Source: Geosiphon pyriformis uo1 (lineage: Eukaryota; Fungi; Glomeromycota). From it: a stretch of DNA of 64,000 bases. The stretch lies in the NCBI GenBank assembly GCA_016748015.1, contig JAAOMT010000514.1, positions 113,866 through 177,865 on the forward strand, read 5' to 3'. How positions within the stretch are numbered: the first letter of the stretch is position 1; each line of letters starts with the position of its first letter. This document shows, piece by piece, positions 51,293-63,885 of this stretch. The notes under the pieces are model-generated. The model was not told the DNA's origin. It made no database searches and saw only the letters and a program-made list of their open reading frames with translations. Position numbers and translations under genes: made by a program.

Positions 51293-54200
51293 ATGTTATC
51301 ACTATACTCTACCCAGTTTATCCATAATATTTGGTGCTTCCTGTGAGGTTATAAATCCACAGAGACAGAGCACTCCAAAGATACACAAAAGTGGTAACTA
51401 TTGAAACAATAAAAAAGGACCACTCTTCATATAGAAGAGCACTATTTATATACTTTCAGAAAGATCTAGGAATACCAGCAGAAACCACCATTGCAGAAAG
51501 TGATTTTTGCAACTATATCAATGCAAAAATCAATTGCTTGTTAAACTGCGCAATTAATACAGGAAAACTTGGAGAACAAATCTATCAAAGCTTACTAGGG
51601 TACTCAACAACTACTACTACTCAAGCAATTGCTGAAACTCTACACATAGTTAATATGGACATTAAACACTACATGACAAAACGATTCTTTCAAGTACAAC
51701 AATCAGTAGAATTCAATCTGGAAAAATATAAAGACAGATCCAATAATCTCACAACTGCCCAAAACAAGTCTACAGTTAACAAAAAACCAAGGTTCCTCTC
51801 TTTAACAACTCCATCATATTATTAAATACTCCAAAGTAGAATTGTATTCAATCCACTTCCAGAAACCCAGTCAGAAATATTACAAACTCCTAAAAATTTA
51901 TACTCTTGGGGCCAACACAGTTAGACCAAATCACTAGGAGAATATGAATCACTGTTTGGAAATCTTACTCCAACAGTTGGTCAAACAGAAGAAAACATGT
52001 CAACTTAGGAACAGCCACTAGCACAAAACCCAGCAGAATCAGCATCTCTTCTGATGGAAAAAACAGCTATTTTACAATCTATTGGTTTTAGCAACAAAGA
52101 AAAACAACCAGCATTAGCACCCAGAGAACACTCAAATACATGGACACCAATTTCCTTAACTGTAACCAGTAACACTCCACCCATTAACCGGATCATGGCC
52201 TATTGGAATATTGCTAAATTGGAGAAATTCTCTGGTAAAAAAGATAACGCATATTCTTGAATTACAAATGCTAAGAAAACAATTACCACTAACAGATGGG
52301 ATGATGACTGCACAATTTAAACACTGCTGTTTTTTCTGACCAGAACCACCAATTTGTGGTACCAGAGCCTTGCAGAGAAGCCTACCTCCTTTACAGAGTT
52401 TAAACTCATCTTTCTGCAATATTTCTGTGACCCTAATACACTTATCTGATTGCAAAATCAATTCAGTATAATAAAACAAAATAACCATGAAGTAGTAACT
52501 ACTTATCTCAGAAGATTTAATCAGATTCTTCAACAAATCCTAGCCATCGAGCAGAATTATTATATCACTACACAAGTCCTCAATTAATTCATTAAAGGAC
52601 TAAGAAGCAGCCTTCTAAGATCTGTACAATCTCGCCATTTAGCAAACTTACAAAAAGCAGTCACTCTCGCTTATAATTTTGAGTTTGCAGAACAAGAAGT
52701 AAACCATACCCAAACTGTTAACTTAGCCATCAATAGAACCTCTGACATCAACACAAAGATAACCCAATTAAGTAAGAAATTAACTCAGAAAATTAAGGGA
52801 TTCTTAGCTGGAACCACAGAAACTTACCAATCATCGCAACAGAGAGAAAATAACAACAACAGCAAATATTCACAGCAATAGAACTGTCAGCAACAGCAAC
52901 AACCTTGGAGATCCAATCTCTGCAACTGTTACTATTGCCAGAAATCTGTACACATTGCTCATAACTGCAGAAAGAAGATAATGGACCAAAATCAAGGAAA
53001 CTAATACCAGCAACCAAGATATCAGCAAAACATGGTATCTCAATATTCTATCCCTCAAAATCCATCTCCCCAGTATGCATAACAAGTCCCGTATACTCAA
53101 CCACCACCCCAAAATTATTATTAATCACCACCAATGACACAAGCAATCCCTTACTATCAAACTCTCTCTTACAGCCAGCTCAGACCTCAAGCTATAGACT
53201 ATAATCAGAGATAGAAGAATTCCAACAACAATCAAGTACAAACTAACAGTAGACTATCTCAATTAATCCCTCACAGTCCTGCATAATCTTGACTAGTACC
53301 AATTGAATACCCAAATCAAGCTTCCTATCTTGGTCTCATGGAAAACCAGAATTTTGATAAATCTACACCTATGGAAGGGAGAAATGTAGAACAAATCTCC
53401 CAATTTTCCAAGCCAACAAAAAACAATATCCTACCAGCCACTATTACTGAAGACATCACTCTAGCCACCATATTTCTTTTTGACATCAATAATTTGAACA
53501 CTCACAGGCTTTTTAGTGAGGCAGCCATCAATATACTGATGCCAGAGTCGGAGGAATAGACATTAAATTAATCCTAAATAGCAAATCAGCCAGTAGCATA
53601 ATTATGAAGCAGCTCATGGACCAATTAAGTTGCCAAATAGATCATGCTGCTACTGTCTGGATCATTACAGTAGATGGAAACACAAAAACCCCAATAAGAA
53701 AAATTGACAACTTTCCCTTTAAGATTAATGGAATCCAGATCTCTATTAAGGTATTCATCATGGTAGCTACTCAATATCAAGCTCTGGTAAAAAATGATTG
53801 GTTGTCAAAAGCCAATGTTACGCTTGACTGGAATATTCAAGAACTTTAACTCATGTTTAATGGACAGCATGCCCGAATTCTAGCTATATGTGGACACTTT
53901 AAAACCCAATATACTGAGAAACTCCTAATTGAATTTGAAAACACACTACTACCACTGACCATCAAGATCTATCAGGTTTTATGGGTGGATGATTATTGAA
54001 CTAAACTACTACCACCACTAATCTGAAAAGAAAAAAGAAAAGGCAAAGCTGAAGAAGAACCCCAATCGTCATCATTAGAATATGTAACCTTGGGCCAAAG
54101 AAATTTATTTTACCAACCTCCAAAACTAATATGTGTTAATTGTAGAAAGAAGCTATTCACAATGGATGCATGTATCAGGAACAATAAAAAATGGCCCACT

Positions 54201-54462
54201 ACTACCAAATACTACTGCAGATCTTGTATACTGAAAAAATTTAGACAACCAAAATAACAAAATAAGTGGGACAACATGCCATGCCTCACATATGGTAAGA
54301 TTCTGCCTGATAAAAGACTCTGGAATGATGTGTTTGGCAGAGGAAAAACATATGACAAGGCTTGTTAGTACATCATATTAATTAACAATTGGGTACAAAA
54401 AAAACCTTCATCAAGGACACTTGGAAATGAGCACTCAATAGGCTGAACAGTTATTCACACAA
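51293..54462 (+). mobile_element. Gypsy family C fragment: LTR 3' tip (to 51329), PBS 51332-51348, gag, protease, start of Cys-rich domain
   Basis: PBS tggtgcttcctgtgagg; knuckle CYYCQKSVHIAHNC; ALVKNDWL; CVNC/YYCRSC; cut by the LTR at 54463. Confidence 0.85.
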
Positions 54463-55479
54463 TGTTACTCATAAAATATAGGAAGTATATTAGCATATAA
54501 ATTAGCCAATCATAGATAGACATAGTAAATGTGGAATTCTAGGATTCCTTTTAGAGAAATTGCAGAATTCCAGGAATTGCAGAATTCTTACATGAGGAAT
54601 TGTAGAATTGTAGAATTTCAGGATTCTTCTCAAAAGAATTGCAGAATTCCAGGAATTTCAGAATTCCTGACATGAAGAATTGATGAATTAAAGAATCTTA
54701 AATATGTATATATAGCAGTAATATCAGAAGTTAGAAAATTAGTCAATGAGACTTAGAGTCAATTGATTCATGAAGTCAATTAGACTCATAAAATTAATTA
54801 GACTCGCAAAATCATAATTATTAAAATTAAAAAAAAAAGAAAGAATCGATACCAAGAATTCTTAGCTTAGTTACCACAATCCTCAAATAAATAATTATTC
54901 ACTATATCAAATTTATTTTCCATTATCAACACTTTATGTTGATGGTAACTGATACTTAACCATACTAGAACAATAGCTTTTGATCATAGCTATTGATGGG
55001 ATACTAACTTACAAATTGCCTTGGCTTATTTTTTATTTCTCTTTTATCTTTCTTTATTTTCTTTGTTGTCTACTAACTTAATTAAAGGATTTACTCTTGG
55101 AGGACTTACGGAAGAATAAAGTTTACTAAAAATACTTATTCTTGGAGGACTTATGAAGGAATAAACTTGCTTAAACAACACTTACTCTTGAAGGACTTAC
55201 AGAGAAACTGACGTCAAGAAACCATACTGGTATACACTTATGGAAGATATCATACCAGGAAAATCATCAACCATCAAGCTGAGCAAATAATTGGCAAAAC
55301 TATGGTGCCAGATAACTACTGATAAACTGCTATCATTAAATCTCTGTCTATTATACAAAGAACTTAATTGAAAAAACCTTCAGATAAAATACCTTCAAAT
55401 TATCATTGTTACCAATTGTCTTGAGCACCAAGTTATGGGTTTGTTATTCACTTGACACCCCAAAGAATTACCTATAACA
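54463..55479 (+). repeat. 5' LTR of family D (B-related)
   Basis: tgttactcata...ctataaca followed by PBS at 55482-55498; inverted homolog at 62957-63885. Confidence 0.9.
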
Positions 55480-56480
55480 TTTGGTGCTCCTTGTGAAGTA
55501 TAATACAACAGAGAACCAGTACCAACAACAACTATGCAAGAAAGTGGCAAACCAAGAGAAAACAAGAGAAAATCACTTAGAATTTGCAAAATCTTTATTT
55601 TATTATTACTATTGATAAACTCATTAAAACTCTGATTATTCAAAACCCAATCATTAAAACCCCGAACATTCAAAACTCACCTTTGAAAAAAAAAAAAAAA
55701 AAAAAATTTGTTAAATTCAAACTTCGATTATTCAAGACCCGATCATTAAAACCCCGAACATTCAAAAATTACCATTGATAAATTTGTTAAAAACTCATTA
55801 AATTAAAAACTCTATTTATTTAAAATCTGATTGTTAAAACTCTGACCATTCAAAACGTACTGTTGATAAATTCATTAAAAACTTGTTAAATTAAAAACTC
55901 TGATTATTCAAGACCTGATTGTTAAAACTCTAAACATTCGAAAATTACCGTTGATAAATTTGTTAAAAACTTGTTAAATTAAAACTCCGATTATTCAAAA
56001 CCCGATCATTCAAAAAAAAAAAACCCAAACATTCGAAACCCAATAATTCCAACCCTGCTATCATACAAAGAAACTTACTGTCAATAAAACTTGTTAAACC
56101 TCTAGCAATTCAAACTCCAGGAATTTTCCAAAAAACTGAACATTTGAAGTCTGATAAATTCCAAACTCTGCTATTATACAAGAAAACTTATCTCTAATAG
56201 CCCAATAAAACCTAATTCTTACAGTACCAATAAATTAGCAAAACTTATTTGACAGCCCTAAGTCAGAATATTGAGATGTAGTGACAATCTACTCTTATGC
56301 ATCATATATTCAAAAAAAAGCCAATTAGTGAGAACAAATAGGAATCGGAATCGGAACTTAATTCTGATTCAAACTCCACTGATGACAGCAACAATTCAAA
56401 CTCCACTAATGACAGCAACAATTCAAACTCCACTGATGACAACAACAATTCAAACTCTGCTGATGACAACAATGATTTAA
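55480..56480 (+). mobile_element. Non-autonomous internal region of family D: gag/pol scraps with tandem amplification
   Basis: Gag start (NHLEFAKSLF, as at 48025), ~85-bp repeats at 55600-56040, and a piece matching the B1 linker at 32030-32140. Confidence 0.65.
56366..56477 (+). repeat. 27-bp tandem repeat x4 (attcaaactccactgatgacagcaaca)
   Basis: Seen directly; translates as IQTPLMTAT x4 in the ORF track. Confidence 0.9.
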
Positions 56481-56950
56481 AAAATTTTATAAGATTTTGT
56501 GTTATTTTAGATAAAAAAATGAATTTAGATCTAAAGTAATAAAAAACTACAATATTAATAAGGTAAACTAAAAAAAACATCTAAAATTTAGTATCTTAAT
56601 AGATATATAACTTCTGGTTTCACATTTTGCTTGTTAACTGCTTTGTATATTTATCTTATAAAAACTTTATATGAATATCTAATTATTATTAAGAAGTATT
56701 TATATGATGCATTATATCCAAGTATAGTGTATTTGTTTTGTAATAAAACTAAAATATCTGATTATGTTTTTAGATGTTTTTCAAACAAAACTACTTGTAA
56801 TAAAATTTTAAAAAAGTTTAAGAAGTCATAGATATTGTTTGTAAATATTGCTATATTTTTTTTTGTAGTTTAATGAAACTTGTTTTTTTGTGTACATAAT
56901 ATTGAATTATACATTATTTTAGTAAAAAAATTTGTGTCTAAAAGCTAGTA
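56480..56950 (+). mobile_element. Highly decayed LINE ORF2 C-terminal fragment
   Basis: KKYLYDALYPSIVYLFCNKTKISDYVFRC aligns with KYLYNRDYPSVLCLHCREVKSSDHFFVC. Confidence 0.7.
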
Positions 56951-57089
56951 TTATAAAACTCTAATGGTCTTTAATGGTTTTGAACTAACTGGTAAGCTTG
57001 TTATAAATTTTAAAAAAGCTGGCATTTTTGAAAAAATTAGATATTGGCATTCTACTAAAGAAGTAAAAAGCATTTAATAATATAACAAA

Positions 57090-59380
57090 AAATAATATAT
57101 TACAAAATAAAAATATTTTACAATTCCAGCCAGAAAATTGTTCTTAGAATTAAGGCTTAATCTTATAAAATAATATAAAAAATACACTAATAATTAATTA
57201 AAAACTTATAAGTTTATACAATAGTAAATAAAAATTTTCTTTAAAACTTCAAAAGAATTCACAAATTTCAGTACAAAAAATGCTTTTTCTTCAGTCTGTA
57301 TTTGACCAAAAGTTTTTAAGCTATAAAAAACAAATAGACCAATGTATTTGTAAAAAAGTTATATGAAAGACTTGTCTTGATTTTTAAGCTTTGCCTAATC
57401 ATAATATTCTATTTGCATATACATTCTTAGAAACAAAACTAAATTGTAATTTGTATTCAATAATAGACTACAAAACAAAAAAAATCAAATAACAAAATTA
57501 TTTATCAAAAATAGTCTTGTATAATATCACATTTAAAAAAAATTTAATATCAAATTATGTTTTAACCAAATTAAGTTTTTACAATTCTTTTATTAACAAA
57601 AATATGTCCAAGTATCAATAAAATTTACTTTTTTTAGCCACTACAATTGACATGTTATTGATGAATAAGGAAGTTTTTTTAACTATTTAGTTAATAAAAA
57701 TAGTCACAGTCTTTTTGTTATTTAAAAAAATATTATTGAGTACAAAAGATTTACTGGCTATATTTAAGATATACTATATAGTAAACTAATTACTATTTAC
57801 TAATATTGTATTATTCACAAATATTTCAGCAACAAAATAAGTTGTCATTTTAATTTTATTCTCAATTTTGCTTAACTTTACTACAAACTTAGAATTAATT
57901 TATAACTATACAATTGCTTATATTATTTAACTTTACATAAAAAAAGTCATAAAAACTTTTTTAAAGCAAAGAAAAGAATACTTTACCTTAATTTAATCTA
58001 TTTTGTACAACATAATTATTAAAAAGTCCAAAATCTATTATTACACAATTAATTTGACTATTGTAAATACTCTCAAAAAACCTAATAAAGTATAAACATA
58101 TTTTGATTCTAATTAAGCAATTCTTTAAATGCTGTCAATTAACAGAATTATAAGCTTTACACAAATCTTACAAAACTAGTCATATCTTTTTATTTTTTTT
58201 TAAAGCATTTTTTATAATTAAACCAATAATAAAAATTAAAGTTTAAGTAGATATACTTCTTAAAACCAAAAAATCATTTTTGTAGAGAATTTCAGAGTTG
58301 TTACAAGTCAAAGATATCTGATTTGAAAAAATCTTAAACAAAATTTTTCTAGTTGTCTTAATTAATACAATAGATCTGGTATTTATTAAAATACTATTTT
58401 AATTATATGGTTTTAGAATTATAAAAATCCAAGTCTTTTTCTAAAAATGAGAGCTAAACCAAAAACCAAACATAAATTCAAAATATTTATGAGACAATTT
58501 AACATCTTATTACTACTATGTTTTTAAACTTTATTAGAAATTTTTAACAATTCAGCAGTTTTATTATCTAGTAGTTTCTTAATTACTTAAACCAATTTTT
58601 TATATTAATTCTAATTATAATACTAAAGTAAACAATATTATCAACATAATTCAGTAAAAAATATTAAAAAAACTAATGCCAAACAATATTTTAAGAATTA
58701 CATATTTTTTAATCTAATTTTCTATAATATTATTTATTTTAGATTTAATTTTATTAGACTCTAAAACCAGTTCTCTATTAACTATTAATTAATTTAAAAT
58801 TATCTTCTAAAAAAATATTTCAGCACACTTTTAATTATCTGACTTTTGTTTGTACAGAAATTTTCTATATATTTCTTAATCAACTTTCTAACTTTAAATA
58901 TTTTTATGGTTTTAGACTCTTAAAATTTGAATGCATAATATTTTTTCTTAGTATTTAACAGATAATATACAATATTTTTTAAATTCAAAAAAAAACTATT
59001 CAAAGATAGAATTTTAGCAGCACCAATATTGTCAAATCTAAACCAAACTTAAATGAAATTATAAAACTTATTTGTATTACCTAAAGCAAAAGACTTTATA
59101 ATTTTGAAAACCAGAATCTCTAACTTATAGAACTTGAATAATTGTTTATTTTTAAACACATTAACTTTGTTAAATTACTGCTTAGCAAAAACTTTCTTAG
59201 CCAAATTTATTATTATACTTTTGAAAAAATTCTACATCAGATTTAAATCTTCTATCTTTTTTGTTCTTTAAAAGCTTTTTAATACCAAAAACATTCTTGC
59301 AAATAAGACATCTCTAAAATAAACTTATTTTATTTTATTTACTTTTTTAATTTCAAATTTTTACTGATTTTTGTTTATAT
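57090..59380 (-). mobile_element. Highly decayed LINE ORF2 (RT region)
   Basis: Minus-strand remnants NNFLAG (~57126), NKKTVTI (~57705), LNLCL (~58470) are colinear with 21000-23270. Confidence 0.65.
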
Positions 59381-60119
59381 TGTTATAAATTAAAGTAACA
59401 AGTTAATAGATAGCAAGAGAAAACAGAATTATAGAGTAATAGAAATAATCAAAAAGAGAGAATTACAATATAAGAGCAAATTAAATGAGTAAAAATTTAA
59501 TATATATAATCAGTTTGTAAAAATTACAGTTGCAAATTTTTTTTAGAAATCTAAAGATAAAAAAATAGTTTGTAATTATTAATAAAATAACACTACTGCT
59601 ATTATTTTATGCTTTAATTTAGCAATTCTTAGAATTAATAACAGCTATTGTTGTGTTTTTTAATCATTTTTTTATTCAAAAAATCACAAAAACAAGCAAT
59701 TACTTTTCAGACTAATTCTAATAATACAAATTAAAAAAGAGAAAAAAATAAGGTATGTGAATGTTAACAAGTAATCTTTTATTCCAAGATGTTTAAATAC
59801 TTGAAAATAGGAAAAAAAAAATAAATGATATGAGAAAAAGTAATTAATAATAAGTTTTATTTTATTATATTAATTATGTTTTTCTATAGCTAAGAGACTT
59901 ATCATATAAATAGCTATTGAAAATGGTCAATGATTAGATTAATGATTAGGTTAATAATCAGGTTATTAATCAGATCAATAATCAAATTAATAATCAAGTC
60001 AATAGTCAGGTTATTAATCAGATTAATGATTACTATTTAAAAATAAAATGGCTAATTATATGACATCAGTAGTTAATATATGTAATAACTAATAAAAAGT
60101 ATGGGTTTTAATTATAATA
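59381..60119 (-). repeat. 3' LTR of Gypsy family E (old)
   Basis: tgttataaatt...aattataata termini; 12-bp internal repeats at 59930-60030; PPT complement ttatcctctcc follows. Confidence 0.65.
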
Positions 60120-61420
60120 TTATCCTCTCCAAAAAAATTGAGCTTTGGTGAAATCAAGCTATTCATGAAATAATCTAATTAAAGAATTTGTTTAGCTCAA
60201 AACTAACTAATTTATTGAAGTTTTTTGTAGATAAAATATATAATATCTGAATTAAAATGAGTTTTGTATTCAAGAAACCAAATTTTTGTATAAAAGTTTT
60301 GGCTCTTTTAACAATAGTTAAAACTCTTAAAACATTTAACCATATAATGCTCAAAATTTCTACTTGTATCTCTGAAGTTGTTTTTTTTATAAGCTTTATA
60401 TTCTTTATAATTTTACCAAAGTAACTATAAAGTTCTAATTGTCTTCCATATGACAAGTTTTTGTTTATAGATAAAATTTCCTTAATTGTTTTTCCAATTG
60501 TAATAGAAAGTGAAAGTATTGTTGCTTTTATACTTTTCAGCAAATATTTATCTATTTTGCTACCAATTTTTTCTTTTCTGATAGTGGTTTTTTTGGTCTA
60601 ATAACAATATGTATTCTACTGTTATCAGTTATGGTGGTTTGTTTTCCAATAATCAAAGTAGCATTTGAATAGTTTTTAATCTAATACTTATAAAGAGTAT
60701 AAAAAGCATTTTAAATGTTTTGATCCAAGAAATAATTGTTCATATTGGTTGAAGATACCTCTGTTTTGAAAATGGTGCATTTATTTATATCTAATTTTTG
60801 CTGATTATTTGGATCAGTATTACCACAACAAACAACCAATTAGGTCATTTGTGATATTTTTGAGTTGTATACTATGAACAAGGCAATTATTAAAGATTGT
60901 TTTATATTGATCTTATAGAATATAAAAACTATTATTCAAAACTTTTTTGACTAAAAAGAGTTTTTTTCACTGGCTAGAAAATTTATTATCATAAACATTG
61001 TTTTTGTCTAAGCAATATTCTAAAACTAAGTCACTAATACTTAAAAAAAGTGTTTTATAAATCTTCTTCTTTTTAAGCTTTTTTTGAAACTGTTTTATCT
61101 TTTCAAAGACAATTATTTGTACTTTTACCAAGAAGTTAAGAATAATATCAAGTTTTTTTTGCAAAATGTTTTTGTAATTTTTTATTGTTATTTTTTCAAA
61201 GAGTATTGTCTTAATATTAGTTTTTATTAATAGAGTTGTCATTCATTCATAAAACAGATAAAAAAGTTTATAACTTATTATGTTATAATTTACAGTTCTA
61301 TAAGCAAACAAAGCTAAAAATAGTATTTTGTCTTATAAGTTTGTTTTTTTACTGGTTTTGGCTAATGTTTCACATAGAGTTTTATTGAAATATTCTATTA
61401 GGCAATTTGTTTAGAATAAA
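60120..61420 (-). mobile_element. Gypsy family E fragment: PPT, ORF3 (60175-60543) and integrase C-terminal half
   Basis: QTN(C)LIEYFNKTLCETLA, LFAYRT, ISDLVL...KFS; ORF3-like ORF just before the PPT. Confidence 0.75.
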
Positions 61421-61929
61421 ATTTATTAGTTTTAAATTTGTTGCAAAGATACAACTGGAGATATACTATTTATGTATTTGGGTTAAATAGAATAGGAGCA
61501 ATGGAGGGAGAATAGTTTGAATGCTGTTAGAATAGGCATAGCAGCATGCAATGTTCTTCTATTTTCATTTATTTGAGAACATTAGATATTAGTTTGAAGA
61601 GTAGTTGAAACGCATTACTGGACATTTATTTGATCACTCATTCTGATATTTTCATCATATTCATTATATTTTTTCCTACATATTCATCTATTGTGGAAAT
61701 TTATTGATATTTTGACACTACATTTTTTTGATATATTGTGTAATATTCATTTCTATTCATACTTGTGTCTCTTTATAGCTGTTTGTGAGCAACCTTCTTT
61801 ATATTCACAATGTATTTTTGCAAAATTTATGTTGCTATTCATTATCTCTTAAATAATTGCTTGTACATGTATCATAAATGCTAAATAATAATTTTGCCTA
61901 TTCTATATTTTTGGTGTTGATCCTATATC

Positions 61930-62956
61930 TTTTAGATCCAAATTTGAGTTACTGGTTTGGTGATAAGAAGTATGTCACCATGAAAAAAGCTTTTTCAGAC
62001 TCAGAATACTGCAATCCTTGTGACATTGCCAAAAATTTCTGCCAACACATTGACAAAAACATGACAGAGTGTGATCCAACAGAGTACGACTCACCATACT
62101 ATGACTTGATACAAGTTTCTAGCTTTGGAAAGTCTCGACTGATAGTAGAGATCGAGAAAATTTTACTCATTTTGTATGTTTGTCTTTGCAAAAAAGACAG
62201 TGATAGATATCCATCTCATTGTTCAATTGCCAATATCTTGACTGAACAGAGAAAGCTTAATCATAGAACCAGACGAGATGCTGATATAGTCAAAGTATAT
62301 GTTGTGTATTTTTGTGCAATATTTGAATACATCCAGTTCTTTTTTCATAAAATGATTGCCGAAGGATTGGTAGAATACTAGATCCAAAAACAAATTTCCA
62401 AAAAATTATCAATGGTTTTTTGGTTTGCAGTGGAAGTGAAAATGAGAGAAATTATTGTGCAGCTTCTGTTTTTGACTGTAAATATGAATGGCCCCACATA
62501 TTTTACTGAATTAAAAATGTTTGTGTCTAAATACTGGAAATCAATGAGAGCATGCTTGGAATGACCCTGGAGAATTGATGGTTATGAAGTCAAATCATGG
62601 TTCTTGTTTGTTTTTGATAAAGCAAGAATCCTGAATGAAAAGAAAGAACAGATCTGGAGTAATTTTAAGTGGTTGTGATACACTATGAGGACACTTTTTG
62701 TAAACAGTGATAGTGGAGGAGTGTTTTGTGTTTTTTTGAACATTACTTCCAAGATCCATAATTTTAGTTCATTTTGTCTGCAAAAAAAAGAATGCAAACT
62801 GTTTCCTTCATTCACTAAAGTTGCGTTTGTCGATTTTTCTACCACAAACTTGCTGCAAACCTTGGCTGAATTAGCTCTACCACAGCATTTTTTTAAATTC
62901 GGAAGACCATTATGGATGGCTTTGCATAGATCTGACCATCTCACATTAGCCAACAT
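61930..62956 (+). pseudogene. P-loop NTPase pseudogene (fungal Q-S-S-G-x-G-K-S type), truncated by an LTR
   Basis: YDSPYYDLIQVSSFGKSRL (Walker A-like), LYVCL...RYP, LFVFDKAR (Walker B DEAR with G>A), FLNITSKIHNF, FGRPLW; internal stops. Confidence 0.7.
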
Positions 62957-63885
62957 TGTTACAAGAGATTATTTGGGGTGTTGAATCAAATAACAAATCC
63001 GTAACTTGGTGCTCAAAGCGATTGGTGACAATGATAATCTGAAGGTATTTTATCTGAAGATTTTCCAATTGAATTCTTTGTATAATGGACAGAGATTCAT
63101 TAGTAACAGTTTATCAGTAGTTTCCTGAAACCATAGTTTTGTCGATTGCTTGCTCAGCTTGATGATTGATAATTTTTTTAATATGATATCTTCCATAAGT
63201 GTATACCAGTGCTGTTTTCTGGCATCAGTTCCTCCGTAAGTCTTCCAAGAGTAAGTATTGTTTAAACAAGTTTATTCCTCCATAAGTCTTCCAAGAGTAA
63301 ATATTGTTTAAGCAAGTTTATTTCTCCATAAGTCCTCCAAGAGTAAATTTTTTAATCAAGTTAGTAGACAACAAAGAAAATAAAGAAAAAATAAAAGAAA
63401 AAATAAGAAATAAGCCAAGGCAATTTGCAAGTTAGTATCTCATTAATAGCTGTGATCAAGAGCTATTGTTTTAATATGATTAAGTATCAGTTATTATCAA
63501 CATGAAGTGTTGATAGTGAAGAATGAATTTGATATAGTGAATAATTATTTATTTGAGAATTGTAGTAACTAAGCTAAGAATTCTTGGTGTTCATGCTCTC
63601 TTTTTCTGCTTCTAACACTACTGCTATATATACATATTTGAGATTTCTCAATTTTTCAATTCCTTGTGACAGGAATTCTGGAATTTCTGGAATCCTGCAA
63701 TTCCTGATGAGAGGAATCCTGGAATTCTGAAATCCTGTGAATCCTTGCTGAAGAATCCTGAAATTCTTGGAATCCTGCAATTCCTCTGAAAGAAATCCTG
63801 GAATTCTACATTTACTATGTCTACTTCTAATTGGCTAATATCTACTTGCTAATAATAATATACTTCCTATATTCTATGAGTAACA
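62957..63885 (-). repeat. 3' LTR of a minus-strand family D element continuing past the window
   Basis: tgttacaag...atgagtaaca followed by PPT complement ttattctctcctttt and gagctc. Confidence 0.9.

Noticed and set aside
47054-51296. acat/atgt as proof of a true TSD for B2
   Set aside because: Left and right host sequences look unrelated, and the similarity is explained by shared target preference.
55092-56477. Spaced and tandem repeats as a CRISPR array
   Set aside because: Units are head-to-tail without unique spacers, lie within LTR or gag-derived DNA, and there are no cas genes; the context is eukaryotic.
54463-63885. Two D LTRs as the ends of one element or as terminal inverted repeats
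   Set aside because: They are in opposite orientation; the first has a PBS on its right and the second a PPT on its right, so they belong to separate insertions.
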